64,000 nucleotides of DNA from Gracilinanus agilis (Eukaryota). The stretch is taken from the NCBI RefSeq assembly GCF_016433145.1, contig NC_058132.1:333115122-333179121 (forward strand), read 5' to 3'. The notes under the pieces were generated by a model that ran no database searches, was not told the origin of the DNA, and saw only the letters and a list, made by a program, of their open reading frames with translations. The number at the start of each line of letters is the position of its first letter. Position 1 is the first letter of the stretch. A program made the position numbers and the translations under genes. This document shows, one piece after another, positions 49,272 to 61,959 of this stretch.

Positions 49272-52200
49272 TGTTTGCATGTGTGTACACACACTACAGT
49301 AGCTCTTGTTTTACTTCACTTACATTTTTCACTTGATCTTCAACACAAAAATTGAGGTATATTATCCAGGATACCCAATTTATGGAGTTAGAAGCTGAGA
49401 AAAGTGAAGGGATTTGTCAACATCGAAGAATAAATAAGAAGCAGAGCTGAACCCTAAAACTCAGCTCCTCCGATTGCAAAATCAGGGTCCTTTCTGCTAT
49501 ATGTTGCTGCCTCCGTGGGGTGGAATAATGAGGACAATTTTGTCTTATGAACTAAGTAGAAGAAATAAAAGAACCTGGGAAAAGGTTAGGAAGTGAGATG
49601 AGCGGAAAGTATGAGAAATCTAATTAACTAAAAAGGGAAGGAAGAGAAGGCAAAGGAAAAATTAGTAAAGAAGAGAAACAAAAAGAAAATAGCAAAAGGG
49701 GAATAAAGTTTAAAAGACAAAAAGAAAAAGAGTTGACATAAAACGGTCAGAGAGAGAGAAGAAAAAGAAAGTTCTAGAGGACAATGGAGGAGAAGGAAAA
49801 AAGGAGTTAATGTAGGAAAGGGAGAAAATGAGTCCCAAAGTAAAGGGAATGTGCTAATTTGGCAGGAGATTACAGGTCCCAATAGAAGCACAAGAATCTA
49901 ACCTCTCCAGGAGGAATATAAATCAAGAGCTTTTGGAAATAGTTCTCAAGAAAGCTGGCATCATTTCAAGAAGATTCTATGGGCACCCTGCTCAGTCCTG
50001 CTCCCATCTTTCAGTATCACTCAGTTAGATACATAAGACAACTGAGGAGCAAAGGTGGAGGAGACCAGGTATTTGTATCCATTTCTACCAGTATCCCCTG
50101 GCCTTCATCCCCAGTAACTGGAGAAATAGTCCAAAAGGATAGAGAAGGAGGAGGGTCATTTCTGATCTCAAACTGAGACCAATAAGGATCTTTTATTTAC
50201 TAATTCAGTTTCCTTTTCAGCTACATCTGTAGTGCTGCCTCAACGGGGAGTTGGACAAATAGTTGAGAAAATAACCTACATCTAACTCTTACAGCATTCT
50301 GATCCTGGACCTTCACAACGTTTTTTCCAAGTAGTCATGTAAGGCTGGCCTCAAATGACTTCACTCAAAGGGACTACCTCCCCACTCCCTGCCCAGACTG
50401 TTTTGTGCATGGAAGACAAAAAGCACCATTTATTATAAGAAATAAATTGGTACATGAAGTCAGGCAAAGGTCCCTGTAGGGGAGTGGCACTGAAAAAATT
50501 TTTGATCATTCAGATGCTGGATTTAAATGACAAAGTCATCTCTAGAATTGAAGCAACATCCAAAGCTCAGGCTTTTAGAACATTCCCTAAATCCTCAGAA
50601 TATATCACTAAGCTACAGAATCTGTACTATCTTTACCCTTGTTTCCTGATGCTAGTCCATCAGGTCTGCCCACTCATTCTTTTGCATCTCCAGTCACTAA
50701 GCAAAGAAATCATGTATTCACTCCCATCAAATACACAAGTTTCCCTGACAGATGCCAATTCATTCATTAATTTGTTCATTCATCCACTCTCATTCATCAA
50801 ATGTTTGAGCACCTACTATGCTCAAAACTCTGGACCTAGGGAGAGTCACCAAGATGAATAAAATGCAACCCCTGCCTCACAGGTATTACAGTTCCCAAAC
50901 AAAGAGAGAAAACTATACAACAGAATTTATTTCATTCCTTTTAGGTCTAATATTTTCTACTAGGTTGCGAGTACCCCCTTAATTTGCATTATCTCAGCTA
51001 GATGAATCCTTTTAAGGGAGCCAAGTCAAACATATCTCCCTTACATACCTATAGCCAAAGAGGGACAAACAGAGTGTTGCCTCAGGGCAGCAAAATTTAG
51101 AAGGTACCAAAATTTTAAAATTTGTCATAGTTACATTTTTGACAGCACTTTCAGTCTTTCAATGGAATAGAATGTAATTATCAAAGATAATTTGTTATAG
51201 ATGTTAAATATGACATTTTCTGTCCGTCCCCACTAGCAACCCCCAGCATCAGCCCATGTGAGCTTCTCCTAGTCTGTCTTTTCCTTGCTCGTCCACAGGT
51301 GACAGGCTCCCCTGCCTCAAATTATCTCTAGGTCTTCCCTGACAATGGCAAATGTCTTAAGCTGTCACCCCACTGTAGAACAATGATGAGTGCCCTGTCC
51401 CATGTTTTTATGTTCCTATTCCTAGATTTGGGGGTACATGTAGTGCTGCCTCTTGTCATGGACACAAAAACTGCTACTTACAATGCTGCTCCCAATCCCA
51501 GATTCCATCAAAACTCCAAAAAAGGTCATAACCAAAGGGCCAAGCTTAAAAGTATCAACTTATGGAATCAAATCTAGTTGCCTTTGTTCCAGACAAAAAT
51601 AGAAGATAACTAGGCATGGTATTCTCCTTCAGTTGTCATTACAACTAGTTTTCTGTTATTTCCCTGTGTAAAGAACTGACTTCCTCATTCACTTCACACA
51701 GCTGACAATGGATGTATCAAGTGGGGAAATGTGTCTCCTCATTGCTCATTCAAATGTCAGTCAATATTTCTTTGCATTTTTATGATAATAGAAGAAAAAG
51801 ACCTTTTTTAGAATTAGATGGAACACATTTCAGAAGTATGCCCTGAGTGACTTACAGAATGAAAGAAACTTAGACATTATGACAGAGGACTTCCTGGAGC
51901 TGAGAGATGGCGATCAAGACTTGGAGTCTACAAAAGAATTTCTTCCCCCTCACTCCCTAAAATACATTCAAAAATCAAATGAGATTAAGGTAATCAGGCA
52001 GGCTGCAAAAAGCAAGGTCATCTACCCTCTAAGTTTGTCCTCAGTGAAAACCAATATAGAAATGTTACATTACTAAGCAAAAAGACTCCTTATTAATACT
52101 GGGTTGAAAGGAGTGTAGTATGCTTTAAAAGATAGACAAATTACAGAACCATTGTTCTAAAGCTGGAAGGATTGGCAATAATCCTGTCCAAACCATTGAT

Positions 52201-52876
52201 TTTACAAGAGAGGGACCTAGGTACCCAGAAAGGCCAAGCTAGTTGTTGAAGATCACACAAGTAGTAAGTAGAAACCACAAAATTTGAGATACAAAAAAAA
52301 TTAGACCAAAATACAGAGTATTTATTCAAAATAGAAGTGAAGCTCAAGCCTGTTATGTCCAGGGTGCAAGTGTTTCATCTGGGGAGACTGGAAGAAATCC
52401 ATTTCTAGGAGGCCCACAAATGGAGCTAGCCCACCTCATCCCCATCAATCCTGATTTTCTTTCCTATAAAATGTGGATTGATAGGGGTGGAGAGAGAAAA
52501 GGGGTGATATCAGCCCAGATGATCTTTAAGATGTTTTTCTGGCTGTAAGATTCAATGAATCTATGAGATGCAGCAAGAAACCACAAGATTCTGTGATTGT
52601 TGTGTATGTTAAGAGCACAAGGCAAAAGAAATCTAGAATAAAGAGAGGACCACAATGAGAGTAGGCTTTGAGAGAGAAACCTGAAGTAAAGAATTCATAT
52701 TAGAGCTCAGGACAGAAATACTTTCTTAGCAAATCTTTCATGACTGAAGAAGATAGCTTTGTTCATCCGTATGACAATAAAAGAGATCAGACTAAGGCAA
52801 AGCTCAGACTTTATAGTTCTACAATACATCTCTCTTGAAGATTGTACCTACCATCAACTACCACATCTGTCTAGAT

Positions 52877-53066
52877 CAGTGATTCCCAAAGTGGGCGCTA
52901 CCAACCCCAGTGGGTGCTGCAGTGATCCAGGAAGGTGGTAATGGCCACAGGTGCATTTATCTTTCCTATTAATTGCTATTAAAATTTTAAAAAATTAATT
53001 TCCAGGGGGCTAAGTAATATTTTTCTGGAAAGGGGGCGGTAGGCTAAAAAAATTTGGGAACCACTG
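52877..53066 (-). mobile_element. hAT MITE, ~195 bp family, copy 3
   Basis: Perfect 8 bp TSD gtctagat (52869-52876 / 53067-53074); TIRs cagtgattcccaaagt / aatttgggaaccactg. Confidence 0.95.
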
Positions 53067-53074
53067 GTCTAGAT

Positions 53075-53430
53075 GACTATCCTCATCTGTATAACCAGTT
53101 GTCACGTCTCTCCTAAGTTCCTGTGAGCATCAATTCTGTATCTCTAATTGCCCTGTTGAATGAATGTTCATACCTGAGTTTCTTTCCAACAGACATCACA
53201 ACCTCAACAGCTCAGCTAAAAATGAATTCATCACATACCCCCCAAAAACACATATTTCCATATTTCCCAAATCCATCAATACATCATTATCTCAGTCTCC
53301 GAAGCTCCAAACTATGAAAGTCTTGAATACTTTTCTCTTCCAATCTCACCGACATCTAGACAGTCACCAAGTTCAGCCAATGCCACTTTCACAATCACAA
53401 GCCTTTGACTCCTCTCTTCCATTCCCATTT
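53075..53430 (+). mobile_element. L2 fragment
   Basis: catcaattctgtatctctaattgcc...ttccaacagacatcacaacctcaacagctcagctaaaaatgaattc. Confidence 0.65.
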
Positions 53431-53699
53431 CTCTCTGCCTATGTGGTGTAACCCACTTAGACTTTAAATTTATTTGTAAAATATTATAAAGAGGGATAAA
53501 ACAGAAGGGATGAAAATTAACTATTTTTAGTCTATAATTTGTGTTTGGATGGACAATTTAGAAAACTCATCCATCAATGCATTTATATATATTTAAATAA
53601 TGTATAATTGTATTGTATATGCACTATATACAATATAATGTATCTATGTATTTCCTTTCCTTGTGCTTCCCCAGGTGACAGCTACCATGCAATGGTCTC

Positions 53700-54040
53700 A
53701 AGTGATAAAATATTATAAATGAGGTGTTAAAAAGTCAAAACTCTGTAAAGGATGTCATCAGAGACAAATCTGACCAGAAGAAACAACAACAGAGATATAT
53801 AAGCCAGTCATATAGCAGGAGTAAGGGAGCCTGGGTGCTTCACTGGTAGCCCCATAAAGGCAAGAGAAAGTGAGGAAGGCCCAGAATGTGAAGTAGAACT
53901 CCATGATGAATTTCTTCGAGGACACAGACAGTAGTTAAAAAGGATGAGCAGACATGATCAATGGCATTCTGCATCCTGGAACAAATGCCCACCTTGATGG
54001 TATCACAGATCTACCAGATGATTCAAGTATTCCATTCTCA
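53700..54040 (+). mobile_element. RTE-clade LINE 3' fragment
   Basis: gtgcttcactggtagcc...gaggaaggccc...ggatgagcagacatg...tgcccaccttgatggtatcacagatc resembles marsupial RTE 3' ends. Confidence 0.6.
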
Positions 54041-55680
54041 ATCTACTTCATAAGTCTAAGACTACTCAGACTTTGAGATCCAGTTCAAATCCTACCTCTA
54101 TATAGGAAAAAATGTCAGCGCTGCCATTTTCTTGATATTCTTATGCTTGTATTATTAGTATTATCATTCATTTATAATTCTTTTTCAAAAATCTCTTTAG
54201 GTCATTCATCCATTTGGTGAAGGTCAGTTTCATTTAAAGCTAGGTAATATAATCCATCAATCTACCTAACCAAGCTCACATAAACTATAACTTGTCAAAA
54301 TACTGTGAAAGCAAATAAATGTGTGAGGACACCTTTGTTGAATTTCAACCCCTAACTTCAGGATTACCATATGGTGACCTGTAACCTTTCTACACACAAA
54401 CCAAGTGAGAGCACTTGTGTCAATCTGTGTATCAAATACTAGGAAGGCTTAATTTCTTTGTTTTTCATTTTTTAAAAATCACTCTAATGGAAATTCTAAT
54501 AGTTTCTTCACACAACTAATTTGTTGTCTTGTGCACCCCTGGAGTACATGCATCTCATTTTAGAAATCCTGCCTTTGGCATTTTATATAATCTGCCTTAT
54601 ATTATATTTATATGTTTATGTGCATGTCCTGTCACTAGACTGGATTGCCCTCAAGAACTAAGACTGTGTTTCTTTATTCCTTATCCCCCATCTCACTCCC
54701 TAGCATTTAGCATAATAACGTACACAAACTAGACACTCAATAAATGCTTCTTGGTGATTGAGTTACCAAATGGCTACCATTTACAATTGATTTATTTATG
54801 GCATATCTACTGTATATAGAGCATATACCTGGAGGGAAAATTTAGGAAAGATATAGATTCTTTCCTCATAAAGCTTATAATTCAGTATGCAGAAAAGACA
54901 CCCAAGGCAGTTAGCTATAGTATATAAATATTACTTGAAAGGAGCACCACAAGATATGAAGCTAAATATCACATGTAGTAGGATCCTCAATAGAAGGAAT
55001 AGCAGAGACCAATGAGACCAACCCTCTTATTTTAATGAATTTTTTGAGAAGGAAACAAAGGCCTATGGAGGTTAAGAGATTTGCCCAAGGTCACACAGTT
55101 AATAAGAAGGGATTAGAGAAACTATTTGTTTGCTTATCTAATATTTATCCCAGGTGCTTTCTTATTACTGTGCTGTCGCATGATTGATGTTTGGGACTTT
55201 GTTTTTTAACTTTTCACTTTGTAAAGTAATTTGTTGTTAAGAGGGCCCATGATCCACTAGAGTACCGTCTTTAACCAAAAAATGCTTATCCCTTCCCCAT
55301 AACATATATTGCACAGAAGATGCTTGCTACCCCCAGGCATAATGTTGTGCCTTCAGGGCAGACCCTTTCATTTTTGTTTTTGAATAATTAACATTTAATA
55401 CAGTTCATGGTACAGAGTGATTGCTTAATAAATGTTTGTTGATTGACTGATTCCAAAAATATGTCTCCAAGATTTGTGTAAGTATCCCTTCCCTACTATA
55501 GAAGATAATCAGTCTGAGATATTGTAGTCAGAAAACATCACCTGTTGGCCCCCATTTTCACGACGAACATGTCTTAATTTAGCCAGTCGGCTCCTTGGAC
55601 AAAAGCCCATCACTAGACCTACCCTCACAAGCTCTCCAGCTTGGCTTCCATTAACACAGCCTTCAAGAGTCCAAGATCAG

Positions 55681-55875
55681 GGACAGCTAGGTGACTCAGG
55701 GGAAAGAGATCCAGGTCTGGAGATGGGTGGTCCTGAGTTCAAATCTGCCCTTAGACACTTCCTAGGTGTATGACTCTAGCAAATCACTTAACCCTAATTA
55801 CCTAACCCCTTTTTGCCTTGGAACCGATGCTTAGCATCATTTCTAAGACAGAAGATAAGAGTTTGAAACATCTTT
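55681..55875 (+). mobile_element. Opossum CORE-SINE
   Basis: ggacagctaggtgactcag...gccttggaaccgatgcttagcatcatttctaagacagaagataagagttt. Confidence 0.85.
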
Positions 55876-57387
55876 TTAAAAGAATACAGGTTCATCTTCA
55901 AACCATGAGGAATGATGTTGAAGAATCTCAAGTTAAAAAAAAAATCCTTCAGCAATCCTTTTCCCACCCCAGAGTTTCTACCCAAGATGTTTACCTCTAT
56001 ATTGGGTAACCCCAAGCAAAGAAGACTCCAAAGAGGAACAACTGTCAGAATCTGAGTGCCAATCAATCATGGCTATGAGCAAATTCCAGCAGAGGAGAAA
56101 AAAGTTAGATCTAGAAGACTGAAACGGATGTGAAAGGAAAGAGATGAGAAATAAAGTATGGGGTCCTTTTCCACCCCAAGTTGTAGGGGTGAAGGGTGGA
56201 AGGTGCAAGCTATTCAGGTAGAATATAAGAATTTAAAAGGAATAAGGAAGGAAAAAGGAAAAAAGGAATAAGAACTGAATGACCTAGAAGGTCATGCATG
56301 AATCCTGTCTGTGGGACAGATTATGAAGGGAAACTGAGCAAGGAAGATGGAAAGAGAATCAACATTCAATGTCAAAAACATTTTAAAGTGCTTACTGAGT
56401 GAAGAACACTAAGCTAGGCACCGGAGTGAGATGGGAGAAAAGTAAAGGAAAAGCCACTTTGGAGACCATACTTTCTTCCTCATCTTACCTTTACTGGATA
56501 CCACCCACAAGGTATGTTGGGACATGTCAATGGACTAGAGACAGAGGGTTTTAAGGAGCATGAAAGGAATATTTCCTTACATGAAAGAACTTGTAAGTCA
56601 ATGGGAAATTCGAGCCATAACCATAATTCTACGTGGGGAATGAAGCTCAGTGCGGAGGCTAGGTCTTGCCTTAGAACAAGCCTCAGGCTTGCATTAGAGA
56701 GAAGAGACTATATGGCGAAAATAAAACCTTCTTGAGGCTGCTTCTTCACAGACTGGAAGCATTATCATATCAACAGTATAACGGCAGGGAGAAGTTATTT
56801 TTATTTTAAATTGTCAATATTAATCTAATGCTTACAATAAATGCAGTGGGGATGATAAATGTGGTTTTTAACAAAGATGAAAGCAACAGCAGCCATTAGA
56901 AGAAAACCTCTTTTGACTTAAAGTTCTCATCTTGATTAAAATTTCCATTTTATTATCCTAATCAGCAATCTTTGTTCAGTGTTCACAATTTCTATTTTCT
57001 CCACTTAGAGAGATAATTAACACCACTATAAACATATTAGGCATAAAATGTTTGTTAGAATTCTAGCATTTTTCTTACTTAACTTATTGTGAGTAATACT
57101 CTCATACCAATAAAGATATTCCTCTGCCTTCAGGCAGATTTCACCAGTCCTTGCTGAGGAAGCCTACTCTCCTGGGATATGCTTAAATGTGGAGTCAGAA
57201 GATCTGGATTCGAATCTGCTTTGCTGCTTTCCTCAGTGTGGTACAAACCATCAACCCTCTCTGGCCAACAGCTTTCTTATCTGTAAAATGAAGGGAATGG
57301 ACTAAATCACCTCCAAAGGACTTTTCAGTTCTAAATCTATGATCCTACAGATGCTTATCTATCCTGTTCCTGAAGAATGGAATGTTT

Positions 57388-57790
57388 GGGTCAGCTGGGT
57401 GGCTCAGTGGATAGAGCACCAGGCCTGTAGGCAGGAGGTACTGGGTTCAAATCTGGCCTCAGACACTTCCTAGTTGTGTGACCCTAGGCAAGTCACTTAA
57501 CCTTGATTACCTGGTCCTTCCATTTTTCTTAGGACTGACATTAAGACATAAGGTAAGGGTTGGTTGGTTAGTTGTTTGGGTTTTTTTTTTTAAGTAGGAA
57601 GGCAGCTATGTAGCACAGTGGATAGAGTGCCAAGCCTGGAGATAGGAGGTCCTGGGTTCAAATCTGGCCTCAGACACTTCCTAGCTGTTTGACTCTGGTC
57701 AAGTTATTTAATCCTGCATGCCTACCTCTTGTCCTTCTATCTTAAGGTTGTTACTAAGACAGAAAGTTGAGTTAAAAAAATAAAAAAGAG
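57388..57790 (+). mobile_element. Two tandem opossum CORE-SINEs (57388-57590, 57598-57790)
   Basis: Two consecutive head-CORE-tail units ending ctaagac...aaggtaagggtt / aagttgagttaaaa. Confidence 0.85.
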
Positions 57791-57919
57791 AGATAAGGCA
57801 ACTCAGCCTGTTTCTTTCAACATTCTCATGCTGAAGAGTCCTACCAGTACCTTACCTACCAGTAAACTAATTTTTATATGCGAACTTAGGTGCACAAAAC
57901 CATATGTTTAAAACTGGAA

Positions 57920-58125
57920 GGGGCATTTGTTCAGTCATTTCAGTCTTGTCTGACCCTGAGTGGCCATTTACTTCTCCAGCTCATTTTACAGATGAAGAAA
58001 CTGAAACAAACAGGGTTAAAAATGAGTTGTTCAGGGTCACACAACTACTAAATGTCTTAGACCAGATTCAAACTCAGGAAGACCAGGTCTGGCACTCCAT
58101 CTACTGTACTACCTAGCTGCCTGGA
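57920..58125 (-). mobile_element. Mar1/MIR-type SINE
   Basis: ttgttcagtcatttcagtcttgtctgacc antisense RTE tail plus CORE. Confidence 0.75.
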
Positions 58126-59188
58126 AGGGACATTAGAGGCTACTAAGTACAACTTCCTAATTTTACAAATGAGGAAAAGGAAGACCAAAGAGATTAAGGT
58201 ACTTGGCCAGGATCACACCACTAATAAGCATTTAAAGTGAAATTTGAACCCTCTTTTTTCTGACTCCAAGTTCAGTGAGCTATAGTTTTCATAGTTGAAA
58301 ATAACTGTAACTTCCTTCCCTAAGGTTTTTATTAATCTCTCAGATCATGAGCAATGCTCAATAATAGGATAGCAATCAAAAAGATGTTATTCTTCCCACC
58401 CAAATGTTAGACAATGAATCCAGTGAAACATGCTGGTGAGTTAAGGACATAGTTATTGATCATAGGACAGGAATACTTTAACTGGCATCCATAGGGAACA
58501 AATCCTGTGATCTTATCCTACCTAGCACAATTTCCTTGAACAAATGGTCTCTAGGCTACACTTCCTACTCTCCTCATGGAGGAATTTCTCCATTGTGCTT
58601 CAGAGACTTCCCCATCCTGGAAGCTCACTAGAGCCCTGAACATCACACATTGGAAGTATCCTCTGCCCCTGTGGCTCTCCCCTCTGCTTGATTAGTTCCT
58701 TCCAGAATGGAGGATGCTTTTGGATGGAATGAATGGAGGATGCAACTCTTCTCCAGACCTTCTTCCTGTTGTCTCAGTAAGTTGTCTCAAATGCTTGTCA
58801 GCATCTAAGGTTCTTTCCAGCACTAAATCTTTGGTCCTATTGTCCTTTAGATTTGAATCCTAACACTGCTTCTGACTTTCAGTGTGGTCTTTTGGAAATC
58901 CCTATATACCTATGGACCCATTTTCTCATTTGTAAGATGAGGTAGATTATCCTCTACATATATGATCATCTTCCAAGGAATTCCAAGTATATAGCTCATT
59001 ACTTTCATGGGTTTACTAGGAGAAGAATCATCTCTTCATTTCATAAATGAAAAAACTGAAGCAAATAGAGTTATGACACTTTCCTTTCAATCAACCAATT
59101 AATTGACATATCTATTTTGTTGTTTTCTATTGCTAACACATACTGGCTAGACCTTGGGAAAGTCATTTAAGCTCTCAGCAGTCTAGAG

Positions 59189-59615
59189 CAAAAGTGTCAA
59201 AATCGCCACTACTGGCCAAACCTGATAAAAATGTAATTGGAAAATGTTTACCAAAATCAATTAAAAAAGTATAACATAAATGACATTAATTTATGCTTCT
59301 CTAAGACAACATAAGGCAAGTAGGTAGTAGAGGGGATAGAATACTGGGCATAGAGTCAAGAAAATTCATCTTCCAAGTTCAAATCTAGCCTCAGACACTC
59401 ACCTTGTGTGACCCTGGGCAAATCACTTAACCCTGTTTGCCTCAATTTCCTCTTCTATAAAATGAGCCAGAGAAGGAAATGTCAAATCACTCTAGTTAGT
59501 ATCTTTGCTGAGAAAACCCAGATGGGGTGATAAAGAGTTGGAAATGACTGAAACCACTGCAGAAAGTCAATATGAGACCCCAAGCATTCTTTTCTGTTTG
59601 AGTTTGACACCGCTG
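59189..59615 (+). mobile_element. hAT MITE (MER45-like) with a nested Mar1 SINE (~59314-59563)
   Basis: Ends caaaagtgtcaaa / gtttgacaccgctg; target gtctagag / gtctgagc; SINE flanked by aagacaacat / aagtcaatat. Confidence 0.8.
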
Positions 59616-60249
59616 GTCTGAGCACCTCTCCAAAACTATAAATTGTAGAAAAGGTGACAACCTTCATTGGTAGAAGAAATTCTCACCATTATCTATATCA
59701 CAGGTCCAGTCCCTGTATTACCTAGTTATGTTGTATCTTCCATGCCCAAAGCATGGTCTTTTCTGAGAACCAGATGTGCCTGCACATACTTTTATGGAAA
59801 TTGTAAAATGGAACATGCCCCACAAGAGAGCCCAATGTTTCTGAACCTCATCTTGCCTCACCTCTCATTTTCTTTTTGTCTCCTTCCTCATACTTTTCCT
59901 GTTACCCACTCACCCCAAAACACTTCTTATTGTCCTAGCTCTGATGAACTTCCCTGAGCCAGATAGACTGTCAGGTCTCTTCTACCTCTAAATCTATGAT
60001 CCTATGATTCTCTGCCTCTGCCCCAAAACCTGTCTTTATCCCTCTGTACTATTAACTTTCAGTAATTGCCCCAAGGATGTGATGTCCATACTGAGACTTC
60101 TCTTCCACAAACTAGTCAGTTCCTTCAATAAGTCTACTGATAGCAAGCAAAAGTTATTGAGATACACTGGATAGAGTGCTAGATTTAGAGTCAATGAATG
60201 AATTCAAATCCCAGTTGATTCTATCATTTTTTGTATGACTTTGAGTTTT

Positions 60250-60495
60250 GTTGCTGTTGTTGTTCAATCATGTCCTTCTCTTCATATCTTTGTGATGCTT
60301 TTTGGGATTTTTTGGCAAAGATTTGGGGGTATTTTGTCATTTAATTCTCCAGTTCATTTTTAGAGATGAGGAAACTGAGGCAAACTGGGTTAAGGGATTT
60401 GCCCAGAGTCTCCTAAATTGTAAGAGTCTGAGGCTGGATTTGCACTCAGGAAGATGGATCTTTCTGACTCCAGGACTAGCACTCTATCCACTGTG
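60250..60495 (-). mobile_element. Mar1-type SINE
   Basis: ttttttggcaaagatttggggg...ttctccagttcatttttagagatgaggaaactgaggcaaac. Confidence 0.8.
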
Positions 60496-61094
60496 ACCTT
60501 GAGTAAATCTCTTAATTTCTCAGAGACTCATTTTTCTTCCTTTGCAAAATTATCTGATAATCCCTATGGCCCCTTTCATCCCATATGATCTACATTCATT
60601 CTGAATTCACTTATTCCTACCTACCATGGAGGAAGCACCTACCTCTGAAGAATGTTATGAGGATAAAATGAGATAATATTTGTAAAGTGCTTAAAGTGTC
60701 ATGTAAATGCTAGTTGTTTTAGCTATCATTACCATTATTATTGTCACTATGAGAAGCAAGTATAGCCCTGAAATTGGAATTCTAAGACAGGCTGGAGTCC
60801 TAGCTTAGCTGTTCATTAGTCATATGACTTTGGGAAGATTAGGTATTCACCCTGAGCCTCATTTTCCCTATTTGTAAAAGAGTCATCTAGGCACAAACTA
60901 TGATTCCCAGAACACAGCAGAGTTCTCAGGATGACTCAAGCAGGACAATGTGTAGAGAAGCTTTTGATCCTCACTGGATATTATGCCTCGATGCAGCCCA
61001 GAATACCTTGAAAAAGATGCTATTGCTACCTGTGTGACTTTGGGCAGATCCCTTAACTTCACTAGTTTTATCATATGTAAAATAAAGGAGTTAG

Positions 61095-61520
61095 ACTTAT
61101 TATAAGACAACCCATTCCATTGTTGGGGGTTCCAACTTTTAGGAAATTCTTCCTCGTATGAAGCCAAAAATCAACCATTCTCTAATTCTGCCCATTGATC
61201 CTAATTCAGCTCTCTGGAGCTATGCAAAGTAAGTCTAATCTGTCTTCCACAGAGACAACTCTTCAAATATTTGAAGACGGTAATTATGTGTGCACCTGCT
61301 TTCCACCAACCCCCACCCCCCTGAAGTCTTCTCTTTTTTGAGTTAAACATCCCTAGTTCTTCTGATCACTCCCATAGGGAGGGGTTTTGTCCTCTCAAAA
61401 CATATACTTTCTCCTAGAAACATTCCTGCATATAAATGTCCAGAATTGAATATAATATTCCAGATAGAGTCTGATCAACCCAGAGGGTGGTAGTAATTAC
61501 CAGCCTTGCCCTGGACAGTG
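61095..61520 (-). mobile_element. CR1/L3 3' fragment
   Basis: ttttaggaaattcttcctcgtatgaagcc...cttcaaatatttgaagacggtaattatg...cttctcttttttgagttaaacatccctagttc. Confidence 0.75.
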
Positions 61521-61959
61521 TACTCCTAGACACTATATTTGAAGACAATAAATAAACATTTTCAGCCTGCTTCATTAGTTATTCAGTAACTGAGCACCTT
61601 CTAGACTCCTAGTAAGTCCTTAACCTTTTAAACTTTGCTCTATGGCCTATTTTCTAAATCTTCAAATAAGCTTAACATTCTTCCCTGAATATTCTCTAGG
61701 TAATGGAAAGAATACTAGGCTTGGAGTCAGGAGAGTTGGGTTTTCACAGCATCTCTCCATCCTTCCACTTGTTTATTTATTAAATCATTCATTCGTTTGT
61801 TTGTTCATTAAGTCATTCATTGGGTAGTGTTGTACAAGAAGGAAATATTGTGTGATAGAAGCATCACTAAGCTTGAAAACATAAATCCTGGCTTCAAATC
61901 AGCACTCTGTGATATGTACTGAGTGTGGCCATAGACAAGTCAGTTACTGAAATTAAAGA

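Noticed and set aside
53687-53722. Kozak ATG ORF after a strong acceptor, as a coding exon
   Set aside because: Stops after 11 codons and runs into an RTE LINE relic with stops in all frames.
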